DNA from: Comamonadaceae bacterium
Lineage (GTDB): Bacteria; Pseudomonadota; Gammaproteobacteria; Burkholderiales; Burkholderiaceae_C
Assembly: GCA_947446885.1 (NCBI GenBank)
Contig: CANFHZ010000001.1
Span: 11,806 to 75,805 of the forward strand
DNA length: 64,000 nt
Direction: 5' to 3'
The notes beneath the pieces are model-generated. The model was not told the DNA's origin and did not search any database. It saw only the letters and a list, made by a program, of their open reading frames with translations. The position numbers and the translations under genes are program-made. Below are positions 1 through 8,960 of this stretch, one piece after another. How positions within the stretch are numbered: position 1 is the stretch's first letter; every line of letters begins with the position of its first letter.

Positions 1-132
1 GCGCTCGCAGACCTGATTCCGCAACTGCAAAAGCGCCTCACTGCGGTGCAAACCGCTGCCCAGATCGGCTGGTTGCTGGCGGGTGTAGGCCTGGTTACGC
101 TGGTCAGCGCCTCGGCGCATGCGGGCCATTAA
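1..132 (+). CDS. 3' end of a membrane protein, probably a ZIP family metal transporter (partial)
   Basis: Frame 1 from the window edge reads ALADLIPQLQKRLTAVQTAAQIGWLLAGVGLVTLVSASAHAGH*. It resembles the C-terminal helices of bacterial ZIP permeases. Only 43 codons are visible. Confidence 0.55.
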   Translation, partial: ALADLIPQLQKRLTAVQTAAQIGWLLAGVGLVTLVSASAHAGH

Positions 133-218
133 GTGGCTGCTCCAGCCAGTCCCGATCTTTCTATTTTTTTGATGATGCTCCTCAGATGGTGTTGACCGAT
201 TCACCCATGGCTTTTTTC

Positions 219-1628
219 ATGAAGCGTTGCGTACTGCTTGCTTGCGCTGCTGTTTTGGGTGCCTGCAGCCTGAGCATGCCGCCTGCGTCGGTTTCTACCC
301 CCGCCCCGGTGCAGTGGAACGCGCCCTTGCCCCATGGAGGCACATTGAGTGACTTGCGCGAATGGTGGAAGGCGCAAAACGACCCGGTGCTATTGGCTTT
401 GATAGAAGACGCGCAGGCGCTCAGCCCGACCGTGGCCGCCGCGCTGAGCCGGATTGAGACCGCTCGCGCCAACGAGGCCACCGCGCAGGCGGCCTTGTTG
501 CCCAACGTGACGGCCGGGGTGTCGACGGGGCGCTCAGTCAGCCTGCCATCAACCCCGGCGGCCACCAGCACGGCAGCGACGCTGCAAACCAACTGGGAAA
601 TTGACGTGTTTGGCGCTGCCCGTGTGGCCCGCACGGCCATGGCCGGACAGACGCAGGGCAATCTGGCGCAGTGGCACGATGCCCGTGTCTCGGTGGCGGC
701 GGAAGTGGCCAACACCTACTTTGCGCTGGCCCATTGCTGGAAGGCGCGCGACCTTGCCGCCCAAGACCTGCTGTCGCGCCAGCGCAGCCGCGACATCAGC
801 GCGCGCAGCCTGCAGGCCGGCATGCTCGCGCCGGCCGTATACGCGCAGGTACAGGCCGAGGTGTCGCAAAGCCAGCTGCGCTTGACGCAGCAAAGCAGCC
901 AATGTGCGCTGTACACGAAGGCCATGGTTGCCCTGACTGGCGAAGATGAGGCGCTGGTTCGCAGTGTGATGCAGGAGCGCACCTTGCCCGATGACTTGTC
1001 CGGCTTCTCGGTAGAGCAGGTCCCGGCGCAGGCCTTGGTGCAACGGCCTGATGTGTTTGCCGCTGAGCACGATGTGGCGCTGGCCAGCGCCCAGATCGGC
1101 CGCGCCAAGGCCCGCCGCTGGCCGGGTCTGACGCTGGGCGGCTCCATCGGCGCTTTGCGTTACGGAACCATGGGCGTGGAGTCCGATATCACCACCTGGT
1201 CTTTCGGCCCGCTGGCACTGACGCTGCCGGTCTTTGATGCCGGGCAGCGCGCTGCCATGGTGGATTCAGCCACGGCCGACTACCTTGCTGCGGTGAGCAC
1301 CTACCGCGCCAAAGTGCGTCACGCCGTGCGCGAGGTGGAAGAAGCCCTGGTCACGCTCCAATCGGCCCAGGAACGTGAAGCCGATACCGGGGCCGTTGTG
1401 GACGCGCGCACCCAGAATTACGCCGCCACCCAAAGCCGGGAGCGCAGCGGCATGGCCAGCGCCCTGGATGTGGAAGACGCCCACCGCATGTTGTTGGCTG
1501 CGCAAGCCGAGGTACTGGCGCTGCAACTGGAACGCAAGCGGGCCTGGGTGGCGCTGTACCGCGCCGCGGGTGGCGGCTGGCAGCGTCCACTTTCCAGCCA
1601 GTCGGCCAGCCAGACTCCCGCCAATTGA
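219..1628 (+). CDS. RND efflux outer membrane lipoprotein (OprM/NodT family)
   Basis: Start at ATG 219 gives the signal peptide MKRCVLLACAAVLGAC with a lipobox. Also WWKAQNDPVL, NWEIDVFG, QRPDVFAAE and the C-terminal ALYRAAGGGW, all typical of OEP lipoproteins. Confidence 0.92.
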   Translation: MKRCVLLACAAVLGACSLSMPPASVSTPAPVQWNAPLPHGGTLSDLREWWKAQNDPVLLALIEDAQALSPTVAAALSRIETARANEATAQAALLPNVTAGVSTGRSVSLPSTPAATSTAATLQTNWEIDVFGAARVARTAMAGQTQGNLAQWHDARVSVAAEVANTYFALAHCWKARDLAAQDLLSRQRSRDISARSLQAGMLAPAVYAQVQAEVSQSQLRLTQQSSQCALYTKAMVALTGEDEALVRSVMQERTLPDDLSGFSVEQVPAQALVQRPDVFAAEHDVALASAQIGRAKARRWPGLTLGGSIGALRYGTMGVESDITTWSFGPLALTLPVFDAGQRAAMVDSATADYLAAVSTYRAKVRHAVREVEEALVTLQSAQEREADTGAVVDARTQNYAATQSRERSGMASALDVEDAHRMLLAAQAEVLALQLERKRAWVALYRAAGGGWQRPLSSQSASQTPAN

Positions 1629-1650
1629 TGTTCTTGATGGAAACTTTGTG

Positions 1651-2886
1651 ATGTCCTTTTTCCGCCGCATGTCCCTGAAGTTTTATGGCCTGCTTGCGCT
1701 CGTGCTGCTGCTGGTGGCGGGTGCCGCCTGGTACGCCATGCGCCCGGCTGCCCTTACCGCTGCGCGCGCGACTGCGCCAACGCCGGGTACACCCGCGCCC
1801 GAGCCCGCGTCTGGACGGGCCGACCCACCAGCCGCCGGGAAAGCGGCTCTGACTGTCACCACCGTATTGGTGCAGCCCGCCAAGCTCGCCCTGCACTTTT
1901 CGGCCAACGGGGGCATATTCCCCTGGCAGGAGGTCGGAGTAGGCGCGGAAGTTCAGGGCCTGCGCGTGAACGACGTGCGGGTGGATGTGGGCCAGTCGGT
2001 GCAGCGCGGCCAGGTGCTGGCGACCTTTGCTGCGGAGGGGGTTGTGGCGGACGTGGCCGTGGCACGTGCGGCTTTGGCCGAGGCGCAGGCCAACGCTACC
2101 GAGGCCCTCAGCAACGGCGACCGCGCCCGCAGCCTGCAAAACAGCGGCGCTTTGAGCAACCAGCAAATCCAGCAAATGCTGACGCTCGAGCAAGCGGCGC
2201 GTGCCCGGGTGGAGTCGGCCAAAGCAGCGCTTGACGCGCAGCTGGTTCGCCTGAAACACACCCAGGTTCTGGCGCCGGACAGCGGCATCATCGTGCAGCG
2301 CAATGTGGCTGTGGGCGCTGTTGCCGGGCCGGGTGACTTGTTCCGCCTGATCCGCCAGGGGCGGCTGGAGTGGCGTGCTGAAGTCACCTCGACCGAACTG
2401 GCCCGCGTGCAGCCCGGTACCGAGGTGCAGGTACTGGCACCCGGCGGAGCGGTGGCGCGCGGGCGGGTCCGCATGATTGGCCCCACCGTAGATGCACAGA
2501 CCCGTGCGGGCTTGGTCTACGTGGATTTGCTGGGCATGGCCGCAGATGAAAAGCTGGCGCTGGGCGCGGCCTTCCGTCCCGGTATGTTTGCCAAGGGTGA
2601 CTTTGTTTTTGGCAACTCCAGCGCCCTGACAGTGCCGCAGCAGGCGGTGGTGGTGCGTGACGGCTTTAGCTATTGTTTTGTGCTGGGTGCCGATGGACGG
2701 GTGGCGCAGCGCAAGATCAGCGTAGGGAGGCGCAGCAGCGCGCAGGACGGCGGCGTGGTGGAAGTGCTGGGCGGTTTGGAGCCCGGTGCGCAGGTGGTGG
2801 CCAGCGGCGCGGGGTTTCTGAACGACGGCGATGTGGTCAAGGTGGTACGGACTGCACCTGCAGCGGCTGCCCCTGCGGCGCAATGA
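1651..2886 (+). CDS. RND efflux periplasmic adaptor (membrane fusion protein)
   Basis: N-terminal TM helix, GAEVQGLRV/DVGQSVQRGQVLA lipoyl-like halves, a helical hairpin, VLAPDSG and ALTVPQQAVV. Lies between the OMF and the RND permease. Confidence 0.92.
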   Translation: MSFFRRMSLKFYGLLALVLLLVAGAAWYAMRPAALTAARATAPTPGTPAPEPASGRADPPAAGKAALTVTTVLVQPAKLALHFSANGGIFPWQEVGVGAEVQGLRVNDVRVDVGQSVQRGQVLATFAAEGVVADVAVARAALAEAQANATEALSNGDRARSLQNSGALSNQQIQQMLTLEQAARARVESAKAALDAQLVRLKHTQVLAPDSGIIVQRNVAVGAVAGPGDLFRLIRQGRLEWRAEVTSTELARVQPGTEVQVLAPGGAVARGRVRMIGPTVDAQTRAGLVYVDLLGMAADEKLALGAAFRPGMFAKGDFVFGNSSALTVPQQAVVVRDGFSYCFVLGADGRVAQRKISVGRRSSAQDGGVVEVLGGLEPGAQVVASGAGFLNDGDVVKVVRTAPAAAAPAAQ

Positions 2887-2902
2887 GATTGCAGGTGCCC
2901 GC

Positions 2903-5900
2903 GTGAACTTTTCCTCGCTCTCCATCAAGCACCCGATCCCGGCGATCATGCTGTTCGCCCTGCTCAGTTTGGCCGGACTGCTGGCCTTCAAGGGCAATGT
3001 GGTGCAGGATTTCCCCGATATTGAGCTGCCGATGGTGACCGTGAACGCCAGCCTGCCGGGCGCGGCCCCGGCGCAGCTGGAGACCGAAGTCGCGCGCAAG
3101 ATCGAGGACGCAGTGGCCACGCTGGCCGGCGTGAAGAACGTCTACACCACGGTGCTGGACGGCTCGGTCACCACCACCGTTGAGTTCGTGCTGGAGAAGT
3201 CCATCCCTGAGGCGGTGAATGACGTGCGCGACGCGGTGGCCGGCGTGCGCGCCGACCTGCCCGGCGAGATGCGCGACCCCACTGTGTCCAAAGCGTCCAC
3301 CGCAGGGCGGGTCGTGCTGACCTACACGGCGCAGCCCGCTCCCGGCGCGGCATGGGACGCCGAGGCGGTGAGCTGGTTTGTGGACAACACCGTGTCCAAG
3401 CGTCTGCGCACGGTACGCGGCGTGGGCGCGGTCAAGCGGGTGGGTGGCGTGAGCCGTGAGGTGCGCGTGGAGCTGCATCCGGAGCAGATGGCCGCGCTGC
3501 GGGTGTCGGCGCTGGATGTGTCGCGCCGCCTTAAATCGGTTCAGCAGGACGCGCCGGGCGGACGTGGTGATGTGGGCGGTGCCGAACAGTCAGTGCGCAC
3601 TATCGCGACCGTACAAACCGCGGCCGACCTCGCCGCGCTGGATGTGCCGCTGGCCGATGGGCGCAGCGTGCGCCTGGGTGAGGTGGCCAGCGTCAGCGAC
3701 ACCGTGAGCGAGCCCCGCTCTTTGGCTACCATGAACGGTGCCAGCGTGGTCGGTTTTGAGGTGTTCCGCACCAAAGGGGCAGGCGAGCTGGACGTGGCGC
3801 GGGGTGTGCGTGCCGCTGTGGCCGAGATGCAGGCCGCGCACCCGCAGGTGCTGCTCACCCAGGTTATCGACAACGCCCACCCGGTGCAGGAGAACTTCGA
3901 AGGCTCCATGGATCTGCTCTACGAGGGCGCCGGGTTGGCGGTGTTGGTGGTGCTGGTTTTTCTGCGCAACTGGCGCGCTACGCTGGTGGCCTGCGCGGCC
4001 TTGCCTTTGTCGGTAATCCCGACCTTTTTGGGTTTGCAGTATTTTGGCTACACGCTCAATACGGTGACCCTCTTGTCACTCGCACTGGTGGTGGGTGTGC
4101 TGGTGGACGACGCGATTGTTGAAATTGAAAACATTGAGCGGCATTTGCGCATGGGCAAGTCGCCTTACCAGGCCGCCATGGAAGCCGCAGAAGAGATCGG
4201 GATGGCGGTGATTGCCACGACCTTTGCACTGGTGGCGGTATTTCTGCCCACGGCGTTCATGGGCGGGGTGCCCGGTTTATTTTTCAAGCAGTTTGGCTGG
4301 ACTGCGGTGCTGGCGATTCTGGCATCGCTGGTGGTGGCGCGGCTTTTGACACCCATGATGGCGGCCTACATCCTCAAGCCCCATGTGCCGCATGCCGATG
4401 GATCGACCGCAGAGGCGGATGGTTGGATGATGCGCAGCTACCTTGGCGTGATGCGCTGGTGTTTGCGCCACCGGCTGGTCACGGCCATCGGTGCGGGCCT
4501 GTTTTTTGTCGGCTCGATTTCTTTGGTGCCCTTGCTGCCCACCGGCTTTGTTCCTGCAGCAGACCGTAACCAGACCCAGGTGACGATTGAGCTGCCCCCC
4601 GGAAGCACATTGGCCGAGACCGCACGGGCGGCAGAGGCGGCGCGGCGCTTGATCATGGCGGTGCCCCACACGGTGGCGGTGTTTGCGTCGGTGGGTGGCG
4701 GCTCCAGCGGTGATGCCTTTGCCCCCGGTGCCGCCGCTGAGGCCCGTCGTGCCGTGCTGACCATTACTACCGTGGCACGGCAGCAGCGCCCCGAGAAAAT
4801 GAGCGATATTGATACCGCCTTGCGCGCCCGCTTGGCCGAGTTGCCCGGCGTGCGGGTCAACGTCGGGCCGCCCGACACCGGTGTAAAGATGCAGCTGGTG
4901 CTCAAAAGCGAAGACCCGCTGGCTTTGACCGCTGCGGCCCAGCAAGCCGAGCGCGAGTTGCGCACCATTCCCGGCGTGGGTAATGTGAGTTCGAGTGCCT
5001 CGCTGGTGCGTCCAGAGATCATCGTGCGTCCGGACGTGGCCCGCGCCGCCGACCTGGGCGTGACGGCACAGGCTATTGCCGAGACCGTGCGCGTGGCCAC
5101 TGCCGGTGATTACGACACGGCGCTGGCCAAGCTCAACCTGGCCCAGCGCCAGGTCCCGATTCTGGTCAAGCTGCCCGACGCCGTGCGCGCTGATCTGGCG
5201 GCGCTTGAGCGCCTGACCGTTCCCGGTAAAAACGGTCCCGTCCTGCTGGGCAGCGTCGCCAGTCTCAGCATGGAAAGCGGCCCGGCGCAAATCGGCCGCT
5301 TGAACCGCAGCCGCAACGTCACCCTGGATGTGGAGTTGGGCCGCCGTACGCTGGGCGAAGTGAACGCTGCGTCACGGGAATTGCCCAGTCTGAAAAATCT
5401 GCCGCCTGGCGTATCGATTGCCGAACTCGGCGACGCCCAGGAAATGCAGGCCTTGTTTGCCAGTTTCGGTATTGCCATGCTGATTGGGGTCTTCTGCATT
5501 TACGGCGTGCTGGTCTTGCTGTTCAACGATTTCATGCAGCCTGTCACGATTCTGGCGGCGCTGCCGCTCAGCATTGGCGGCGCTTTTATTCTGCTGCTGC
5601 TCACGGGCAAAGCCTTGTCCATGCCGACCATGATCGGTTTGATCATGCTCATGGGCATCGTCACGAAAAACTCGATTTTGTTGGTGGACTACGCCATTCT
5701 GGCGCGCCGTGCCGGTATGGCGCGTTTTGAGGCGCTGGTGGACGCATGCCACAAACGCAGCCGACCCATCGTGATGACCACCATCGCCATGGGCGCGGGC
5801 ATGATGCCGCTGGCGCTGGGCTGGGGTGCGGATCCAAGTTTCCGCTCGCCTATGGCGGTGGCAGTGATCGGTGGTCTGGTCACGTCCACGCTCTTGAGTC

Positions 5901-6016
5901 TGCTGGTGGTTCCCGCGGTATTCACCTACATCGACGATGCGCAAACCCTGTTGGGTCGGGCCCTGGCCTGGTTGCGCAAAGGCCAGGTAGTGGCTGACAA
6001 CAAGACGCCCCCATGA
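2903..6016 (+). CDS. RND efflux permease (AcrB/AcrD/AcrF family)
   Basis: About 1037 aa from GTG 2903 (NFSSLSIKHPIP). Contains FPDIELP, the TM4 motif GVLVDDAIVEIENI, GIVTKNSILLVD and RSRPIVMTT. Confidence 0.95.
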   Translation: MNFSSLSIKHPIPAIMLFALLSLAGLLAFKGNVVQDFPDIELPMVTVNASLPGAAPAQLETEVARKIEDAVATLAGVKNVYTTVLDGSVTTTVEFVLEKSIPEAVNDVRDAVAGVRADLPGEMRDPTVSKASTAGRVVLTYTAQPAPGAAWDAEAVSWFVDNTVSKRLRTVRGVGAVKRVGGVSREVRVELHPEQMAALRVSALDVSRRLKSVQQDAPGGRGDVGGAEQSVRTIATVQTAADLAALDVPLADGRSVRLGEVASVSDTVSEPRSLATMNGASVVGFEVFRTKGAGELDVARGVRAAVAEMQAAHPQVLLTQVIDNAHPVQENFEGSMDLLYEGAGLAVLVVLVFLRNWRATLVACAALPLSVIPTFLGLQYFGYTLNTVTLLSLALVVGVLVDDAIVEIENIERHLRMGKSPYQAAMEAAEEIGMAVIATTFALVAVFLPTAFMGGVPGLFFKQFGWTAVLAILASLVVARLLTPMMAAYILKPHVPHADGSTAEADGWMMRSYLGVMRWCLRHRLVTAIGAGLFFVGSISLVPLLPTGFVPAADRNQTQVTIELPPGSTLAETARAAEAARRLIMAVPHTVAVFASVGGGSSGDAFAPGAAAEARRAVLTITTVARQQRPEKMSDIDTALRARLAELPGVRVNVGPPDTGVKMQLVLKSEDPLALTAAAQQAERELRTIPGVGNVSSSASLVRPEIIVRPDVARAADLGVTAQAIAETVRVATAGDYDTALAKLNLAQRQVPILVKLPDAVRADLAALERLTVPGKNGPVLLGSVASLSMESGPAQIGRLNRSRNVTLDVELGRRTLGEVNAASRELPSLKNLPPGVSIAELGDAQEMQALFASFGIAMLIGVFCIYGVLVLLFNDFMQPVTILAALPLSIGGAFILLLLTGKALSMPTMIGLIMLMGIVTKNSILLVDYAILARRAGMARFEALVDACHKRSRPIVMTTIAMGAGMMPLALGWGADPSFRSPMAVAVIGGLVTSTLLSLLVVPAVFTYIDDAQTLLGRALAWLRKGQVVADNKTPP

Positions 6017-7098
6017 CGGTAAGAAGCCTGGTGCAGCGCTGGCCCATTTTTATTCCGGTGCTGGCGATGCTGGGGCTGTACGCGCTGCGGGAAGTGCGGG
6101 TGGATGGGTGGTACGCCTGGGGCTTGGTGGCGGTATTGATCTTGGCGGTTATTGCGTCGGTGCACCACGCTGAAGTGATCGCCCACCGGCTCGGTGAGCC
6201 CTATGGGACTTTGGTGCTTGCGCTGGCCGTGACCGTCATCGAAACATCGTTGGTCTTATCCATGATGCTGTCACAGGGTGCGAATAGCGCCGCGTTGCCA
6301 AGGGATACGATTTATTCGGCGGTGATGATTGCCTGCAATGGTGTGGTGGGTATTTGTTTACTCATCGGCGGTTTGCACCACCGCGAGCAGCTTTTCCGAA
6401 TCGAGGGTACGGGCTCAGGATTTGCGGCGCTGGCAACGCTCTCGGTATTGGTGCTCGTAATGCCCCTCTACACCACGAGTTCGCCCGAGGGTACCTATAC
6501 CGACGCGCAGCTGGTTTTTGTTGCGCTGTCCTCCTTGGTTTTGTGGCTGGTCTTTGTGTTTATCCAGACGGTCCGGCACCGTGATTATTTTTTACCCTTC
6601 GAGAGCGCTGCAGATGAGTCGGTGCACGCCGAACCTCCCTCGGCGCTGCAGGGGTGGATCAGTTTTGTGTTGATGGTGATGGCCCTGACATCGGTGGTCG
6701 GATTTGCCAAGGAACTGTCGCCAGCCATGGAGGCCGTGGTAAGCGCCTACCGGGCTCCTGCGCCGGTTTTGGGGATTTTGATCGCCGTCATCGTTTTGCT
6801 ACCCGAGACCTGGGCGGCCTTGCGCGCTGCCCGGGTTGACCGCTTGCAGACCAGCATGAATTTGGCTATCGGTTCGGCTCTGGCCAGCATCGGCCTGACC
6901 ATTCCGCTGGTGGTGCTCGCGAGTGTGGTGTTTGATTTACCACTCAAGCTGGGCTTGGACACCAAGGACGTCGCGCTCTTGGCGCTGACTTTCCTGGTGG
7001 GCAGCATCACACTCGGATCGGGCAGAACCAATGTGATGCAAGGGGCGATTCATCTGGTTCTATTTGCGAGCTTTTTGTTTCTAACCTTGGTGCCATGA
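6013..7098 (+). CDS. chaA: Ca2+/H+ (CaCA family, ChaA-like) antiporter
   Basis: HAEVIAHRLGEPYGTLVLALAVTVIE, VLLPETWAALRAA, MNLAIGSALASIGLTIP and TNVMQGAIHLVLF. ATGA overlap with the RND stop. Confidence 0.9.
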   Translation: MTVRSLVQRWPIFIPVLAMLGLYALREVRVDGWYAWGLVAVLILAVIASVHHAEVIAHRLGEPYGTLVLALAVTVIETSLVLSMMLSQGANSAALPRDTIYSAVMIACNGVVGICLLIGGLHHREQLFRIEGTGSGFAALATLSVLVLVMPLYTTSSPEGTYTDAQLVFVALSSLVLWLVFVFIQTVRHRDYFLPFESAADESVHAEPPSALQGWISFVLMVMALTSVVGFAKELSPAMEAVVSAYRAPAPVLGILIAVIVLLPETWAALRAARVDRLQTSMNLAIGSALASIGLTIPLVVLASVVFDLPLKLGLDTKDVALLALTFLVGSITLGSGRTNVMQGAIHLVLFASFLFLTLVP

Positions 7099-7135
7099 TG
7101 GCCCTGCGAAGGCCTCGCAAGCGACCGCTCTCCCG

Positions 7136-8023
7136 TTAACCTGTGGCAACTGGCCGCGCCGGGTCGCTGCACCACTCGCTCCAGCTTCCGGCAAACAACC
7201 GGGTCGGGCCCAGTCCGGCCACTTGCATCGCCAGGACATTGGGTACCGCGCTCACGCCCGAGCCGCAGTGGTGCACCACCGTGGCGGCGTCGCGGCCACC
7301 CAGCAGGGCGTCAAATTCTGCGCGCAAGACTGCGCCAGGTTTGAGCAATCCGTCTTCGCCAAGGTTCTGGTTATAGGGCCGGTTGAGCGCGCCGGGTATG
7401 TGCCCGGCTACCGGGTCAAAAGGCTCGACTTCACCGCGAAAACGTGCCGGTGCGCGGGCGTCGAGCACGGTTTGTGTGGCGCGTCCGAGCTGCTTGTGCA
7501 CCGTGGCGGCTTCCACATACTCCAGCAAAGGCTTGCCAATGGTGAATCGCGTCGCATGGGCAGGGGTGGCAGGACCGGACTCCATCGCACCGCCTGCTGC
7601 CATCCAGGCTTGCAGCCCGCCGTCGAGCACGGCGGCGGCCTCATGTCCCATCCATTTGAGCATCCACCACAAGCGCCCGCAGTAATTCATGCCGTGCCGG
7701 TCATACACCACGGCCTGCATGCCGTTGTGAAAACCCATGTGACCCAGCCATTCGGCAAAGTCTTCGCGCGAGGGTAGGGGATGCCGTCCCCCGTTCACGG
7801 CCCGGCCGCCGAACTGCAGGCTGTGGGTACTTAGGTCGTCATTGAGATCCGCGAAAACCGCAGCGGCGATATGGTTGGATTCGAACATCGTGCGCCCGGC
7901 TGCGGGTTGTGTCAGGTCAAAGCTGCAGTCGAAAACCATCAGCGGGACGCCGCTGGTGTGCAGCGCCTGCAATTGGACAACGCTGATCAGGGTGGTGTAG
8001 GCAAGGGTAGAGGCGGGCATCAA
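7136..8023 (-). CDS. sseA: Tandem-domain sulfurtransferase (3-mercaptopyruvate sulfurtransferase/rhodanese, SseA-like)
   Basis: GRHPLP, RLWWML, VLDGGLQAW, GHIPGA, active-site loop CGSGVSA, and the C-terminal FAGSWSEW. Confidence 0.88.
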   Translation of the reverse strand: MMPASTLAYTTLISVVQLQALHTSGVPLMVFDCSFDLTQPAAGRTMFESNHIAAAVFADLNDDLSTHSLQFGGRAVNGGRHPLPSREDFAEWLGHMGFHNGMQAVVYDRHGMNYCGRLWWMLKWMGHEAAAVLDGGLQAWMAAGGAMESGPATPAHATRFTIGKPLLEYVEAATVHKQLGRATQTVLDARAPARFRGEVEPFDPVAGHIPGALNRPYNQNLGEDGLLKPGAVLRAEFDALLGGRDAATVVHHCGSGVSAVPNVLAMQVAGLGPTRLFAGSWSEWCSDPARPVATG

Positions 8024-8058
8024 GGGGCTCCGGGCATGCGGTTTAACAGACGCGCACT

Positions 8059-8946
8059 TTAGTGCGCTTCGGCGGGTGTGTCCGGCAAGGCACGGGTGCG
8101 CAGATAGGTCGCAATCAGGCCGCTGGTCACAATCACCGCCATGCCGGCCCAGCCCATGGGTTCGATCTGCTCATCCATGAGAAGCGTGCCGAACAGCGCC
8201 GCAAACACAATGCCCGAGTACTGCATATTGGCCACCACCAAGGTCGCGCCTTTGCGATAGGCGCGTGTCATGGCCAGCTGCCCCAGCGATGCCAGCACGC
8301 CGATGGGGATGATCCAGGCCGCCTCCTGCCAACGCAGCGTCGTCCAATCCGTGTGTTTGCCCAGCGGCAGGCTGATAGCACCCACGGCAATCGTTCCCAG
8401 CGAGAAATAAAACACCGTACGCGTCTCGGGTTCGCCCGCCTTGCCCAGCGCGGTCACCTGCATATAGGCCAGCGCCGCGCTGATGCCCGAGAGCAAACCG
8501 ACGACGCCGGCGAACAGCTGGTCTTTTTCGATGGTGGGGTGCAGTGTCATCACCACGCCGGCAAATCCCATGAGTACCGTGGCCAGCAACGCCCCTTGTT
8601 TTTCCTGCGCGCCGTAGAGCAGCGAGCCGCCCACAATAAAGGCGGCCACCCAGACGCCGCTCATGTAATTGAGGGTCATGGCTGTTGCCACCGGTAGATG
8701 GGCGATGGCGTAAAACCACGCGCCCAAAGAGGTGGCTCCGATGATGCTGCGCGTCAGGTGCATGCCCGGCACCGGCGTGCGCCACGGCGTACCGCTGGCG
8801 CGCAACACGACGGCCATAAACGCCAGGCTGACCAGCCCACGGAAAAATACCAGCTCAAAGCTGCTGAAAGTCACCGACGCAAATTTGACGCACACCGCCA
8901 TGCCGGCAAAAAAGAATGCCGCCAGCACCATCCATAAAGCTTGCAT
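8059..8946 (-). CDS. DMT/EamA family transporter
   Basis: About 10 hydrophobic helices in two EamA repeats. ELVFFRG and LAMTRAY motifs. Confidence 0.88.
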   Translation of the reverse strand: MQALWMVLAAFFFAGMAVCVKFASVTFSSFELVFFRGLVSLAFMAVVLRASGTPWRTPVPGMHLTRSIIGATSLGAWFYAIAHLPVATAMTLNYMSGVWVAAFIVGGSLLYGAQEKQGALLATVLMGFAGVVMTLHPTIEKDQLFAGVVGLLSGISAALAYMQVTALGKAGEPETRTVFYFSLGTIAVGAISLPLGKHTDWTTLRWQEAAWIIPIGVLASLGQLAMTRAYRKGATLVVANMQYSGIVFAALFGTLLMDEQIEPMGWAGMAVIVTSGLIATYLRTRALPDTPAEAH

Positions 8947-8960
8947 GCGGGTGGGTGAAC

